From Caldisphaera sp. (GTDB lineage: Archaea; Thermoproteota; Thermoprotei_A; Sulfolobales; Acidilobaceae), in contig NZ_JAGDXI010000006.1 of assembly GCF_023256325.1 (NCBI RefSeq), positions 47,091-111,090 on the forward strand: a stretch of 64,000 nt of DNA, in the 5' to 3' direction. A program made the position numbers and the translations under genes. How positions within the stretch are numbered: the first letter of the stretch is position 1; each line of letters begins with the position of its first letter. The notes below the pieces were generated by a model. The model saw only the letters and a list, made by a program, of their open reading frames with translations, had not been told where the DNA came from and searched no databases. Shown here one piece after another: positions 30,976 to 40,699 of this stretch.

Positions 30976-32448
30976 ATGGATCAATTAAGAGATTTAAGAA
31001 GTTATATAGAATGGCTTGAAGAAAGAAAAAGTCTTATTAGAATTAGAGAAGAGTTGTCTCCAATTTTAGAGATTCCAACTTTCTTAAGGAAGTTAATGTA
31101 CTCAAAAGGACCTTCAGTTATTTTTGAAAAAGTTAAAGGATTTGATAATTGGCGTATAGTTGGAAATCTTTTTCCTAATTTGGATACAATATCATCATTT
31201 TTGTCTGTAAATAATTTGGAAGAAGTAGGCTTTAGGATGATTCAACCTTTAATATTACCAATTCCATATAAGACGTTTGATAAAATAAAAACATTGGGAG
31301 ATCTAACAAAAATGTCTTCATATTTACCTAAGAAAACTAACAAAGCAGCTTTTACGGAAAATGTTATCGAAGGTAACGACAATCCACTAGATAAAATACC
31401 TTTCTTTAAAACTTGGCCTAAAGATGGGGGACGTTATATTACATTCGGTATGGTTATTACTCTGGAAAATGAGAAAACAGTTAATATGGGGGTATACAGG
31501 GTTATGATTTTGGATGGTAATAAAGGGATTATCCATTGGCAAATACATAAAAGAGGGGCTCATGTACATTTAAATGCTTTAGAGAATAAGAAGGATGAAA
31601 TACCAGTAGCTATTTCAATAGGTAGCGATCCTGGAACTATGCTTGCGTCAGTTTCTCCAGTTCCTTATCCTATTGATAAGGCACTTTTCGCAGGTATAAT
31701 TAGGAATAAAGGTATTGAGCTTTACGAACTTAATAATGGTGTTTTAGTTCCAGCAAATTCGGAAATAGTTATAGAGGGGAGAGTATTAGCTAATCAATTA
31801 TTAGAAGAGGGTCCTTTTGGAGACCATTGGGGTTATTACGATAAGCCTATTGAAAAATATCCATTATTAGTTGTTGATAGGGTATATTTAAGAGATGATC
31901 CAATATACTATGGTACTGTTGTTGGACTACCTCCCTTAGAAGATGCTGTTATCGGAAAAGCCATAGAAAAAATCTTTAAACCAATAATGCAAACAATAAT
32001 ACCAGAAATTGTTGATGTAAACTACCCTGTTGAAGGTGTCTTTCAAGGTATGATTATAGTTTCCATTAAGAAAAGATACCCTGGACAGGCTAAAAAAGTT
32101 ATGAATGCTTTATGGGGTATTGGGCAGTCATCTTTAACAAAAATTATAATAGTAGTAGATCATGATATAGATCCTAATGATATTGGTAAAGTAATTTGGG
32201 CTATCTCAAGTAATGTTAATCCTGAAAACGATGTTTTAATAATTAAAGGATCTCATAGTGATGCTTTGGATCCTTCAAATTTATTTCCATCATTTGGAAG
32301 CAAAATGGGCATAGATGCAACAAGAAAGCTACCTGAAGAAAGAGAAGGTAAAGTTTGGCCGGAGATTGTAAGTGAAGACGAAAAAGTTTATAGAAAAATT
32401 GAAGAGATATTTGGAAATTATTTAAAAAAGGATAAAAATTTATTTTAA
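30976..32448 (+). CDS. UbiD-family prFMN-dependent decarboxylase
   Basis: DLRSYI, WPKDGG, NMGVYR, EGPFGDH, KMGIDAT. Start moved to ATG 30976 (MDQLRDLR), which follows a GGTG RBS. Confidence 0.9.
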   Translation: MDQLRDLRSYIEWLEERKSLIRIREELSPILEIPTFLRKLMYSKGPSVIFEKVKGFDNWRIVGNLFPNLDTISSFLSVNNLEEVGFRMIQPLILPIPYKTFDKIKTLGDLTKMSSYLPKKTNKAAFTENVIEGNDNPLDKIPFFKTWPKDGGRYITFGMVITLENEKTVNMGVYRVMILDGNKGIIHWQIHKRGAHVHLNALENKKDEIPVAISIGSDPGTMLASVSPVPYPIDKALFAGIIRNKGIELYELNNGVLVPANSEIVIEGRVLANQLLEEGPFGDHWGYYDKPIEKYPLLVVDRVYLRDDPIYYGTVVGLPPLEDAVIGKAIEKIFKPIMQTIIPEIVDVNYPVEGVFQGMIIVSIKKRYPGQAKKVMNALWGIGQSSLTKIIIVVDHDIDPNDIGKVIWAISSNVNPENDVLIIKGSHSDALDPSNLFPSFGSKMGIDATRKLPEEREGKVWPEIVSEDEKVYRKIEEIFGNYLKKDKNLF

Positions 32449-32493
32449 AATAAATCTGATATTTATTATATACAATTACAATAATGTATTTGC

Positions 32494-33645
32494 TTATTCA
32501 ATAATTTTACCACTTCCTATTATACTAAAAGCCTTGACGTTTTCTTTAGGTGCAATAATTGCACCCAATTTAACTTCTCCTAAGAATTCAGTAACGCCTT
32601 TTAATCTTTCTGGAAGCATTTCTGGCATTCCTTCTATTAAATGAGAGCATTGATCTACCTTAGCTTTTTCTCCTAAAACAGAAGATCTAACTTCTGATAG
32701 TGATGATACTATGGAATCCTTCATTATCAAAGAAGATGAAATAATGCTGTTTTCACCTACTATTACATTTTCTTCAATGCTAGTGTATGGCTTTATTATG
32801 CTTCCCGCTAATACTTGGCTTCTTCTGCCTATATAAGCTGGACCCATAATTATTGCACCATCTTCTACTATTGCGTAATCGTCTATTGTAACTCCATTTG
32901 ATATAATGGCTGATCTACTAACATTAGCATTTTTGCTTATTTTAATTCCTGATTCGCTTAATATAATTTTTAATGCATCTAAGAGATCCCATGGATATCC
33001 TACTTCTATCCATTTGTTATTCCATATTATACCTCCAACTACTCCTTCTTTTGACATTATCATCATGGACTGTTCAAATTGATCTTTTGCTATTATTTCT
33101 AATTGTTTAATATCTGAGACCATTATACCTGCAAAAACATACCCTCTATTTTTTAACCATCCTCTGTTTTGCTCGTTTGATTGCATGTAGCTTGTTATTT
33201 GTCCTCTATAATCTATGCTAACAAATCCATATGTTTCTAAACCAGTTGATACTGGAGCTACACCTATAACAATTGGATATCCTGATGTAGAATAATAATC
33301 TAATACTGCCTTTCCAATATTTGGGTTTGCTAGAAAACCTGAATATGCGATTAAAACTTGATCTTCATTTCTTTTCTTAGCTTCTTGAACAGCTGTAAAA
33401 ATCCCTCCTCTTATGTCTTCTCCTTTCTGTGTTACAATGTAAACTTCTTCATCTCTTGGTAAAGCCATGTTTTCATATCCAGGAGGCACTATGACAACTA
33501 TTCTCTTTATACCTGCATTTCTTAAAATTTCTACACTATAATCGAAAAGTTGCCTTCCTCCAATTTCTAAAAAAGATTTCGGCTTTTCTTTTGTTAAAGG
33601 TAAAAGCCTTTTACCATATCCTCCAGCTAATACTACTCCGAGCAT
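32494..33645 (-). CDS. Sugar-phosphate nucleotidyltransferase with left-handed beta-helix (GlmU-like)
   Basis: VLAGGYGKRLLPLT..PK, hexapeptide repeats; directly downstream of glmS. Start ATG 33645 follows GAGGTG. Confidence 0.88.
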   Translation of the reverse strand: MLGVVLAGGYGKRLLPLTKEKPKSFLEIGGRQLFDYSVEILRNAGIKRIVVIVPPGYENMALPRDEEVYIVTQKGEDIRGGIFTAVQEAKKRNEDQVLIAYSGFLANPNIGKAVLDYYSTSGYPIVIGVAPVSTGLETYGFVSIDYRGQITSYMQSNEQNRGWLKNRGYVFAGIMVSDIKQLEIIAKDQFEQSMMIMSKEGVVGGIIWNNKWIEVGYPWDLLDALKIILSESGIKISKNANVSRSAIISNGVTIDDYAIVEDGAIIMGPAYIGRRSQVLAGSIIKPYTSIEENVIVGENSIISSSLIMKDSIVSSLSEVRSSVLGEKAKVDQCSHLIEGMPEMLPERLKGVTEFLGEVKLGAIIAPKENVKAFSIIGSGKIIE

Positions 33646-33655
33646 TTTAATCACC

Positions 33656-35509
33656 TCATTCAACAGTTACAGTTTTAGCCAAATTTCTTGGCTTATCTGG
33701 ATTATAACCTCTTTCTACTGCAAGCCTATATGAAAGTAATTGAAATAGAGGAGTTAAAATAAATGGTTCAAGTTCTATAATTGAGTTTGAAGGCGGCATA
33801 TCAGCGAAATATATGCTTTTTCTATCTTCCTTTAGTTCTAATTTTAAATCTGCAGGTTTAACAACAATTACTTTTGCGTTTCTAGCAGCCATTTCTATAG
33901 CATTTCCAGCAATTTCTGGAGCATCACTAGTTGACACTATATAAACTGGAAAGTCTTTTTCTACTAGAGCGATAGGACCATGTTTGCTTTCTCCAGCTGG
34001 ATATGATTCGGCGTGTAAATAAGTTATCTCTTTAATCTTTAGAGCACCTTCCATGGCTATTGCTGAGCCTAAACCTCTACCTAAGATATATGATGAATTC
34101 TTTTTATGTAAATTTAACAAAGCCGGTATTAACGTATCGCTTGCTTCAAGAGATGACTGAATAAGATTTGGAGCATATCTTAAATAATCTAATATTTTAT
34201 TTTTTTCATTTTTATCTAATTCCTTTCTTTCATGTGAAATAAAAGCTGATAGCATCTCTAGAAGCATTATTTGAGACAAAAACGTTTTTGTTGCAGCAAC
34301 CCCTATTTCTGGCCCTGCTCTTGTATATAAGGAAAAATCGGATTCTCTAACTATAGCGCTTCCTAAAACATTTGTTATTGCTATAACCTTTACTCCATTC
34401 TTTTTCGCATCTCTTATCGCTTGCAAAGTATCATAAGTTTCGCCACTTTGTGATACTGCTATTAGCAAATCGTCTTTTTGAAATGTTGAAGATACATAGC
34501 TCATTTCAGATGATATTATTGGATATGAGAAAAGCTTTGCCCTTTTAGCTAAAATTTTTGAGAATACCAATGAAGCATGATAACTAGTTCCAGCAGCTGT
34601 TAGGAAAATTCTATTAGATGAAGAAATAATTTCAGCTGCTTTGCTTAGGGCAGGATCTTCTATATTTCCCTCGAATGTCTCCCTTATAGCGTTAGGTTGT
34701 TCATATATTTCCTTTATCATAAAATGCTGATATCCACCTTTACTTGCTGCCTCAGGCGTTAGCTCTACAGTTTTAACTTTAAGCGTTATTTGCTCAAGGT
34801 TTAGTTTTTTGTACCCTCCTCCAGGTAATAATTTATATATTTCAAAATTTGTAGGACTTATATATCCAAATTCTCCATCTTCTAATAATATAACTGTTTT
34901 TGTCATGTCTAATAAAGCTGGTAAGTCGCTTGCTATGGCTTTTATGTTTTCGCCAACTCCTATTATCAATGGTGACCTCATTTTTGCAAAATATATTTTG
35001 TCAGGATCTTTCTTATATAATATTGCGAAGGAATAAGTACCATCTATTCTTGCTAACGCCTTCGCCAATGCTTCAATAAATGTTGCACTTTTTTTCTCCT
35101 CATCTTCTAATAAATGAGCAAACAATTCCGTATCAGTTTCACTTTTTATTTTATGTCCTTTACTTTCGAGTTCTAATTTCAAAGAGGCAAAGTTCCTTAT
35201 AACGCCATTGTGAACTACAGCTATGTCACCAGTACAATCCATATGGGGATGCGCATTAATATCATTGACCCCGCCATGAGTTGCCCATCTGGTATGAGCT
35301 ATACCAGTGCTACCCGATAGATCAGTAAAACTTAGCCTTTTCATTACTGTATCTAAATCTCCTGCTCCTTTCTTAAAGTTTATAGAATCTCCATTAATTA
35401 CTGCAATACCGACACTATCATATCCTCTATATTCAAGTCTTTGAAGGCCAACAATAAGTTTGTCGACAACATTGCATTTTTTATTAGTTATTCCAATAAT
35501 TCCGCACAA
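33656..35509 (-). CDS. glmS: Glutamine--fructose-6-phosphate aminotransferase
   Basis: MCGIIG, HTRWATHG, SQSGET, KHGPIAL, PRNLAKTVTVE. Confidence 0.97.
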   Translation of the reverse strand: MCGIIGITNKKCNVVDKLIVGLQRLEYRGYDSVGIAVINGDSINFKKGAGDLDTVMKRLSFTDLSGSTGIAHTRWATHGGVNDINAHPHMDCTGDIAVVHNGVIRNFASLKLELESKGHKIKSETDTELFAHLLEDEEKKSATFIEALAKALARIDGTYSFAILYKKDPDKIYFAKMRSPLIIGVGENIKAIASDLPALLDMTKTVILLEDGEFGYISPTNFEIYKLLPGGGYKKLNLEQITLKVKTVELTPEAASKGGYQHFMIKEIYEQPNAIRETFEGNIEDPALSKAAEIISSSNRIFLTAAGTSYHASLVFSKILAKRAKLFSYPIISSEMSYVSSTFQKDDLLIAVSQSGETYDTLQAIRDAKKNGVKVIAITNVLGSAIVRESDFSLYTRAGPEIGVAATKTFLSQIMLLEMLSAFISHERKELDKNEKNKILDYLRYAPNLIQSSLEASDTLIPALLNLHKKNSSYILGRGLGSAIAMEGALKIKEITYLHAESYPAGESKHGPIALVEKDFPVYIVSTSDAPEIAGNAIEMAARNAKVIVVKPADLKLELKEDRKSIYFADMPPSNSIIELEPFILTPLFQLLSYRLAVERGYNPDKPRNLAKTVTVE

Positions 35510-35607
35510 AATTTTCCCCTCAAAATCTATTATCTATTATATCTGATAAAGAATTTAAGTTTTCTTTCTAAAATAAGCATTTTAATTTTTTAATAAACTA
35601 TTTTTAT

Positions 35608-35657
35608 GGAATGAGGTTGCCACGGGTCTGATAGGTGATGATACCTGTCTCAACCGA
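35608..35657 (+). ncRNA. Box C/D double-guide sRNA (2'-O-methylation guide, probable 23S rRNA target)
   Basis: C-like GGAATGA 35608-14, guide GGTTGCCACGGGT, D' CTGA 35628-31, C' GTGATGA 35635-41, guide TACCTGTCTCAA, D CCGA 35654-57. GC-rich patch in an AT-rich intergenic region. The D guide is complementary to UGAGACAGGU, recalled as conserved in archaeal 23S domain V. Confidence 0.75.
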
Positions 35658-35700
35658 CCAATTTATATTTTTTGAGCGTCACTATAGAACGGGGATTAAA

Positions 35701-36195
35701 ATGCCCAGAGAGTATTTGTTGAAAGATGGAAGTGAATTTAGTTTAACTTCTGATGATTTTAAAAATGGTGAAACTATACCAAAAAGGTTTACATGCGATG
35801 GGGATAACATAAGTCCAAGACTTAAATGGAATGGATTGAGCGAAGCGAAAAGTTATGCATTAATAGTTTATGATCCTGATGCTCCAATGAAGACATTTAT
35901 TCATTGGGTTTTATACGATATTCCTCCATCTTTAAATTCATTGTATGAGGCTATACAGAAAAATGTAGTTGTAGAAGGAGTCGGAAAACAAGGTAAAAAT
36001 GATTTTGGTGAGATTGGCTACGATGGCCCATGTCCTCCAAGAGGTCATGGTGTTCATAGATATTATTTTGCAATGCATGCTCTAAATGTTGATCAACTAA
36101 ATATTAAGGGAGAAGTGAACGCCGACAAACTTATTAATTTAATCAGAGGAAAAGTGATCGGTTACGGACTATTAATGGGTAAATATCAAAGATAA
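35701..36195 (+). CDS. YbhB/YbcL (PEBP/RKIP-like) protein
   Basis: DGDNISP, DPDAP, FIHWVLYDIP, GYDGPCPP, HRYYF. Start moved to ATG 35701 after GGGGA; the longer ORF start lies inside the sRNA. Confidence 0.9.
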   Translation: MPREYLLKDGSEFSLTSDDFKNGETIPKRFTCDGDNISPRLKWNGLSEAKSYALIVYDPDAPMKTFIHWVLYDIPPSLNSLYEAIQKNVVVEGVGKQGKNDFGEIGYDGPCPPRGHGVHRYYFAMHALNVDQLNIKGEVNADKLINLIRGKVIGYGLLMGKYQR

Positions 36196-37830
36196 TTAGA
36201 TTTGAGGAGTAGATGTAACTGGAAATAGATGAAACATATACATAGTTATAGCGTCTACACCAACTAATGTTAAACCAGTTAGAATAAACATTATAGCTAA
36301 AAATAGATAAAATGATCTTACACTTCCTACCTTTGTTATTGCTAATATATACGAATTAATTACTGCAAGTATTACGGAAAAAGCGATAGTACCTAAGTTA
36401 AGAAAAACAACCATGCCAGGCTGAGGAGAGATAAATCCAGGGAAAGTTGAAGAAAGACCGGAGCTTAAAGGAACTAAGAGGCTATTAAAATAATATGTTA
36501 TTAATGACATAAATTCTAATATAGCTATGATACTTGCGTGCATTATTATTAAAGCCGAAAAGAAATTCCCAAAAACTTGTAATTTTTTTTGCCTTAAAGA
36601 GAGTATCATATTATCAAAATCTGATAATACAACACCTACATTTAACAAATCTCCGCCATATTTATCTGTATCAGAAAATATCTTTAGAGATCTATATATA
36701 GTTTCACTGTTTGTATCTAAACCGAACTTTTGCATTGCAATGTCATTTTCAACGCCAAGAAACAGAGCAGAATTTAATTTTTTTAATAAATTCTTTAATT
36801 TTCCCAGTTCAACCTTTGCTAAATCTTTGATTGCTTGTTTCAAATTTGGTACTTGTGAAAGGTATGTGCCTAAACTTCTAATCATTACTGGGAAAAATGT
36901 ATCATAATCATTAATTACGTTTTCCATATTATTTATTATATATCCTGCAGGTATTAACAATAAGCCTATTATAAGCATTGAAAAACCTAAAGTTACATAA
37001 TTTATTGCATCGTTTATAATATAATATGATAGAATCATTCCAATAATAATAGCGACTATTGCTAGTATATCAGCAAATTGTGCTACAGGATTTCTTGATG
37101 CTTTTGCTTCAAAGTAATCTTTAGGCGCTTTTAAAATAACCAATGAACCCAATATAATAATAATAAACATTGCAGATATGTAACCCATTAGGATCATTTT
37201 AAGACTTCCTCCGCCAAAGAAAAATGATAACATGAGCAATGTAGATATTGCAAAAATTACAGAAACCATCGTTGATGTATATACGCCGTATAGGACATTT
37301 AAAGAATCTAATGATCTATTATAAATATTCTCAAAATTAAACTTCAATGTGTCGAATTCTACTTTTAAGAAAGTTACGAGCTCTTCTCCAACAGAGGATA
37401 CAACTGCAAACCTTTCTAAAAACTCTTTAAATGCCTTATTTTTCTCTCTTAAAGCAATCAAGCTAACAGCTTCTGGTACCGTATAACCCCATTTTTTGGA
37501 AAGTTCTCCAGCTCTTTTTAATACCTTTGAATACCTTCCATGAGGACCTTCTCCAGCAATTTTTAAAACAACTCCTGGAGGTTGAGAACCTGTTGAAATC
37601 GAATACATATGCATAATAGAATATAATAAATCATAATCTATTTTCACATAGCTTCTATTTTTTAAATAAAGTAATAAATAAAATAATATTCCGGAAATTA
37701 CTATTCCGAGTCCAATATAAAGAAAAGGTCTATCTATTATTAAAATAATTAAACCTAGAGCAATTAAACCCAAAGTTATAAAAGTCGTTAATTTTAACTT
37801 TGTTTTGATAAAATGCATTAAATTACTCAT
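36196..37830 (-). CDS. flaJ: Archaellum membrane platform protein FlaJ/ArlJ
   Basis: Multi-TM T2SSF-like protein directly downstream of flaI. Confidence 0.9.
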   Translation of the reverse strand: MSNLMHFIKTKLKLTTFITLGLIALGLIILIIDRPFLYIGLGIVISGILFYLLLYLKNRSYVKIDYDLLYSIMHMYSISTGSQPPGVVLKIAGEGPHGRYSKVLKRAGELSKKWGYTVPEAVSLIALREKNKAFKEFLERFAVVSSVGEELVTFLKVEFDTLKFNFENIYNRSLDSLNVLYGVYTSTMVSVIFAISTLLMLSFFFGGGSLKMILMGYISAMFIIIILGSLVILKAPKDYFEAKASRNPVAQFADILAIVAIIIGMILSYYIINDAINYVTLGFSMLIIGLLLIPAGYIINNMENVINDYDTFFPVMIRSLGTYLSQVPNLKQAIKDLAKVELGKLKNLLKKLNSALFLGVENDIAMQKFGLDTNSETIYRSLKIFSDTDKYGGDLLNVGVVLSDFDNMILSLRQKKLQVFGNFFSALIIMHASIIAILEFMSLITYYFNSLLVPLSSGLSSTFPGFISPQPGMVVFLNLGTIAFSVILAVINSYILAITKVGSVRSFYLFLAIMFILTGLTLVGVDAITMYMFHLFPVTSTPQI

Positions 37831-40687
37831 TTAGATTTAGCCTCCCAGAAACTAATTCTTTTAATGCATTTTCTATTCCTATAGATTCCGCAATAGTGAT
37901 TGCCTTGAAAACTTTATAATAATCAAACACTTTTTTATTTACTAGTTCTCTTAAATATTTTGCTCTTAAGTCAAGTTCGTCATAAATAAGTCCGTAATTC
38001 TTTCTACTCAACCCTCTCATTCTGGCTATTTTTTCTTCAAGCAAATAAGAAGATCCCTTACCTGAGAAAAGAAACTTGTCAGTACTTGGATCCCAGTTAA
38101 ATATTGGTATAGCGCTTACTTGGTCTGTATTTGGGTCGTAACCTACTAGCTCATATAAAGATGTTTGTCTTCTTACCAACAAACCTGTCTTTGAATATGT
38201 TGATGCTTGAAACCATGCAAAATTTAAATTATCCATATATGGTTTGGGTATATTTATAGGATTTCCAGTGAGTCTTTGGATTAACCTTGTTAAGTCTCCA
38301 GCATGAAATGTGGCCATAACAGGATGACCTGTGTCTTCTAATGGTATTGGATAGCCATTATTAAATCCTATATAATATTTTGCTCCTTCTAACATTAAAT
38401 CATACGTATAATCTTCAATACTATAATCAGCTTTTATTATTTTTACGAATTCTTTATTGTCTTCATAAATAATTCTGTATTTCGATTTAACTAAATCTAA
38501 CGAAAACATATACCCTGAATACCAAAGTTTACTTATGTAAATATTTAATTTATCTTCATTAATTTTTATAAATTTAATTGATACATCGCTATAAGAGTTA
38601 ATTCTATAATTGGTAAGATCTTGATAAGAAATTTTATTTTTAAAAGTTTTAAGTAATTTATTTGCTATTTTTTTCCTTTGATAGAATTTTGGTTCTTTAT
38701 AAAATAATTCTTTTAACATATTGATTGCATATAAGATCTCCTCATCTTCTTTGAAGTTTATTATAATGGGATTTTTAATCGATGAGAATGCAGTAGAAGA
38801 TATAAAGCCTGAAATAATTAATTTTGTTACATTAAAATCAATATTAGGTATTTTGATTTTAATCTTTTTTCCATCAAATTCAATGAAGTTATTTTTTAGA
38901 AGCCAATCAACAAAAAACAATTCTAACTCATAATAGTAATATTTTCTACCTGACTTCCTCATTGGAATTATTGGTAGGTTATCAATCGTCATAAATTCTT
39001 CTAATTTATTAGTAGTTTTGAGTATGAACTTCCCCTTTCTATAACTAACATAGCTTCCTAAAATTACCCCAATTAAATACCAAAATAATGGATTTGATAT
39101 GTTTAATTTACCTTCTTTAAATTTTATGTATTTCTTTGTCGTTTCAAAGTTTTTAATTCTTTTCACATATACCTCTTTATTATTTTTTAATAAATTTACT
39201 ATTTGATTGGCCTCAATTTCACCATAGTTCGTTATAAATTTATGATTTTTTGTCACATCAAAAACGTTACCATCTTCAAGTTCAATCCTTATTAATTTTT
39301 CTTTTGGCATCATAGATATAGCAACAAGCTTAGCTTTAACTATTTTCCCATTATTATATGAAGGGATTTTGATTTCTTCATTTTTAATATAAACTATCTC
39401 TTTATTATCTATTATTTCGCTGCCAAATCTGCTTTTATAAAAATTAAATAAATCTTTGATATTTTTTATCTCATTTTCTAGTATTATTTTACCCTCTTTT
39501 ATACATTGCATGGCCTGAAATGCTATGGCTCCTTCTGCACCCCTTATTTCTCCGACTATTATATAATCTGGTCTTTGCCTTAATGCTGCTCTTAGCAAAT
39601 CAAATAAAGTTACACTTGTTTCTGGCTTTCCAGTATCCCTTGCAAGCTCTCTAGTCCAATTCGAATGAGGTAATTGTATTTCGGCCGTATCTTCTATTGT
39701 TACAATTTTATTTGTAGGTTTAATAAATGCGGCAATGGCATTCAAAGCAGTTGTTTTACCTGATGCAGTTTCTCCACATATAAAACCGCTCATCCCTTCT
39801 CTTAAAAGCATCCAAGTATATGCTCCAACCCTTTCATCTATAGTGTTCCAATCTATTAGTTGAGTAACACTTATTGGTATTTGAGAAAATTTTCTTATAG
39901 TAAAATTAGTTCCATTTAAGCTAACGTCTGATCCAAAAACAATATTTAATCTGCTACCATCAGGCAAGCTAGCATCAACTATTGGTCTAGCCCTGGTTAT
40001 AGGCTTACCAATTTTTTCTCCTAATCTTAAAACAAAAGAATCCAATTCATCTTGGGATTTAAAACCCAAATTGCTGGCTAATCTATTAAAAATTTTATGA
40101 ACAACATATATTGGACCAACACCACTGCATGATATATCTTCCAAAAAAGGATCTCTTAAAAACGGTTCTAGAACCCCAACTCCAATCTTATCCCTTATTA
40201 TGTGATACTTTAAATAATTTATCGTTTCTTTTTTCACGGGAATTTTTTCAATATAGAAAGAATTCATCATGGTTTTATAATCTATTTCTTTGTTAGTCGG
40301 TTCTAATATTTCATCAATAAGTTTAAGCAACATTTTTTTCCTTTCTTGAGCGTTCTCAGGCGCTTCTTCATGAATTTTATTTGCAAGAGCTATGTCTACA
40401 AGTCTTAAAATTTCATTTTTTGGCTTAGGAGGTTCAATAACAATATATTTACCCATATCGCTTCCTTTTACAGATGAAACGTGTATAAATACCCCTCCTC
40501 CAACAGGATAAATAAAATTAAATTCTCTTAGTTTTCTCATACTAGAATCTGGTTTGCTTATATATTGAGGAGGATTTTCAACGCTTTTCATATAATTATC
40601 TAAATAATCAGGTTTCTCTCCGAAGTCCGGTTCTTTAGCTTCTATTTCGCTTTTTTTCCTTTTAAATATGTTCAATTTGATTGCCAT
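37823..40687 (-). CDS. flaI: Archaellum motor ATPase FlaI/ArlI (intein-containing; 563 aa if spliced)
   Basis: GETASGKTT, TIEDTAE, ALRQRPDYIIVGEIRG; AFQAMQ and TGHPVMATFH are separated by a 391-aa insert. Confidence 0.95.
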   Translation of the reverse strand: MAIKLNIFKRKKSEIEAKEPDFGEKPDYLDNYMKSVENPPQYISKPDSSMRKLREFNFIYPVGGGVFIHVSSVKGSDMGKYIVIEPPKPKNEILRLVDIALANKIHEEAPENAQERKKMLLKLIDEILEPTNKEIDYKTMMNSFYIEKIPVKKETINYLKYHIIRDKIGVGVLEPFLRDPFLEDISCSGVGPIYVVHKIFNRLASNLGFKSQDELDSFVLRLGEKIGKPITRARPIVDASLPDGSRLNIVFGSDVSLNGTNFTIRKFSQIPISVTQLIDWNTIDERVGAYTWMLLREGMSGFICGETASGKTTALNAIAAFIKPTNKIVTIEDTAEIQLPHSNWTRELARDTGKPETSVTLFDLLRAALRQRPDYIIVGEIRGAEGAIAFQAMQCIKEGKIILENEIKNIKDLFNFYKSRFGSEIIDNKEIVYIKNEEIKIPSYNNGKIVKAKLVAISMMPKEKLIRIELEDGNVFDVTKNHKFITNYGEIEANQIVNLLKNNKEVYVKRIKNFETTKKYIKFKEGKLNISNPLFWYLIGVILGSYVSYRKGKFILKTTNKLEEFMTIDNLPIIPMRKSGRKYYYYELELFFVDWLLKNNFIEFDGKKIKIKIPNIDFNVTKLIISGFISSTAFSSIKNPIIINFKEDEEILYAINMLKELFYKEPKFYQRKKIANKLLKTFKNKISYQDLTNYRINSYSDVSIKFIKINEDKLNIYISKLWYSGYMFSLDLVKSKYRIIYEDNKEFVKIIKADYSIEDYTYDLMLEGAKYYIGFNNGYPIPLEDTGHPVMATFHAGDLTRLIQRLTGNPINIPKPYMDNLNFAWFQASTYSKTGLLVRRQTSLYELVGYDPNTDQVSAIPIFNWDPSTDKFLFSGKGSSYLLEEKIARMRGLSRKNYGLIYDELDLRAKYLRELVNKKVFDYYKVFKAITIAESIGIENALKELVSGRLNLNE
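38333..39505 (-). mobile_element. Intein in FlaI (391 aa, Cys1 to Asp391, +1 Thr) with a degenerate LAGLIDADG domain
   Basis: Removing it restores AFQAMQ|TGHPVMATFH. Block A CIKEG, block B VTKNHKF, block F YTYDLML, block G NNGYPIPLED|T. LAGLIDADG-like helices WYLIGVILGSY and IISGFISSTA. Confidence 0.92.
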
Positions 40688-40699
40688 TGCTATCCCCGC

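Noticed and set aside
35635..35700. N-terminal extension of the PEBP ORF
   Set aside because: The GTG/ATG lies in the C' box of the sRNA; ATG 35701 has an RBS and sits next to the domain start.
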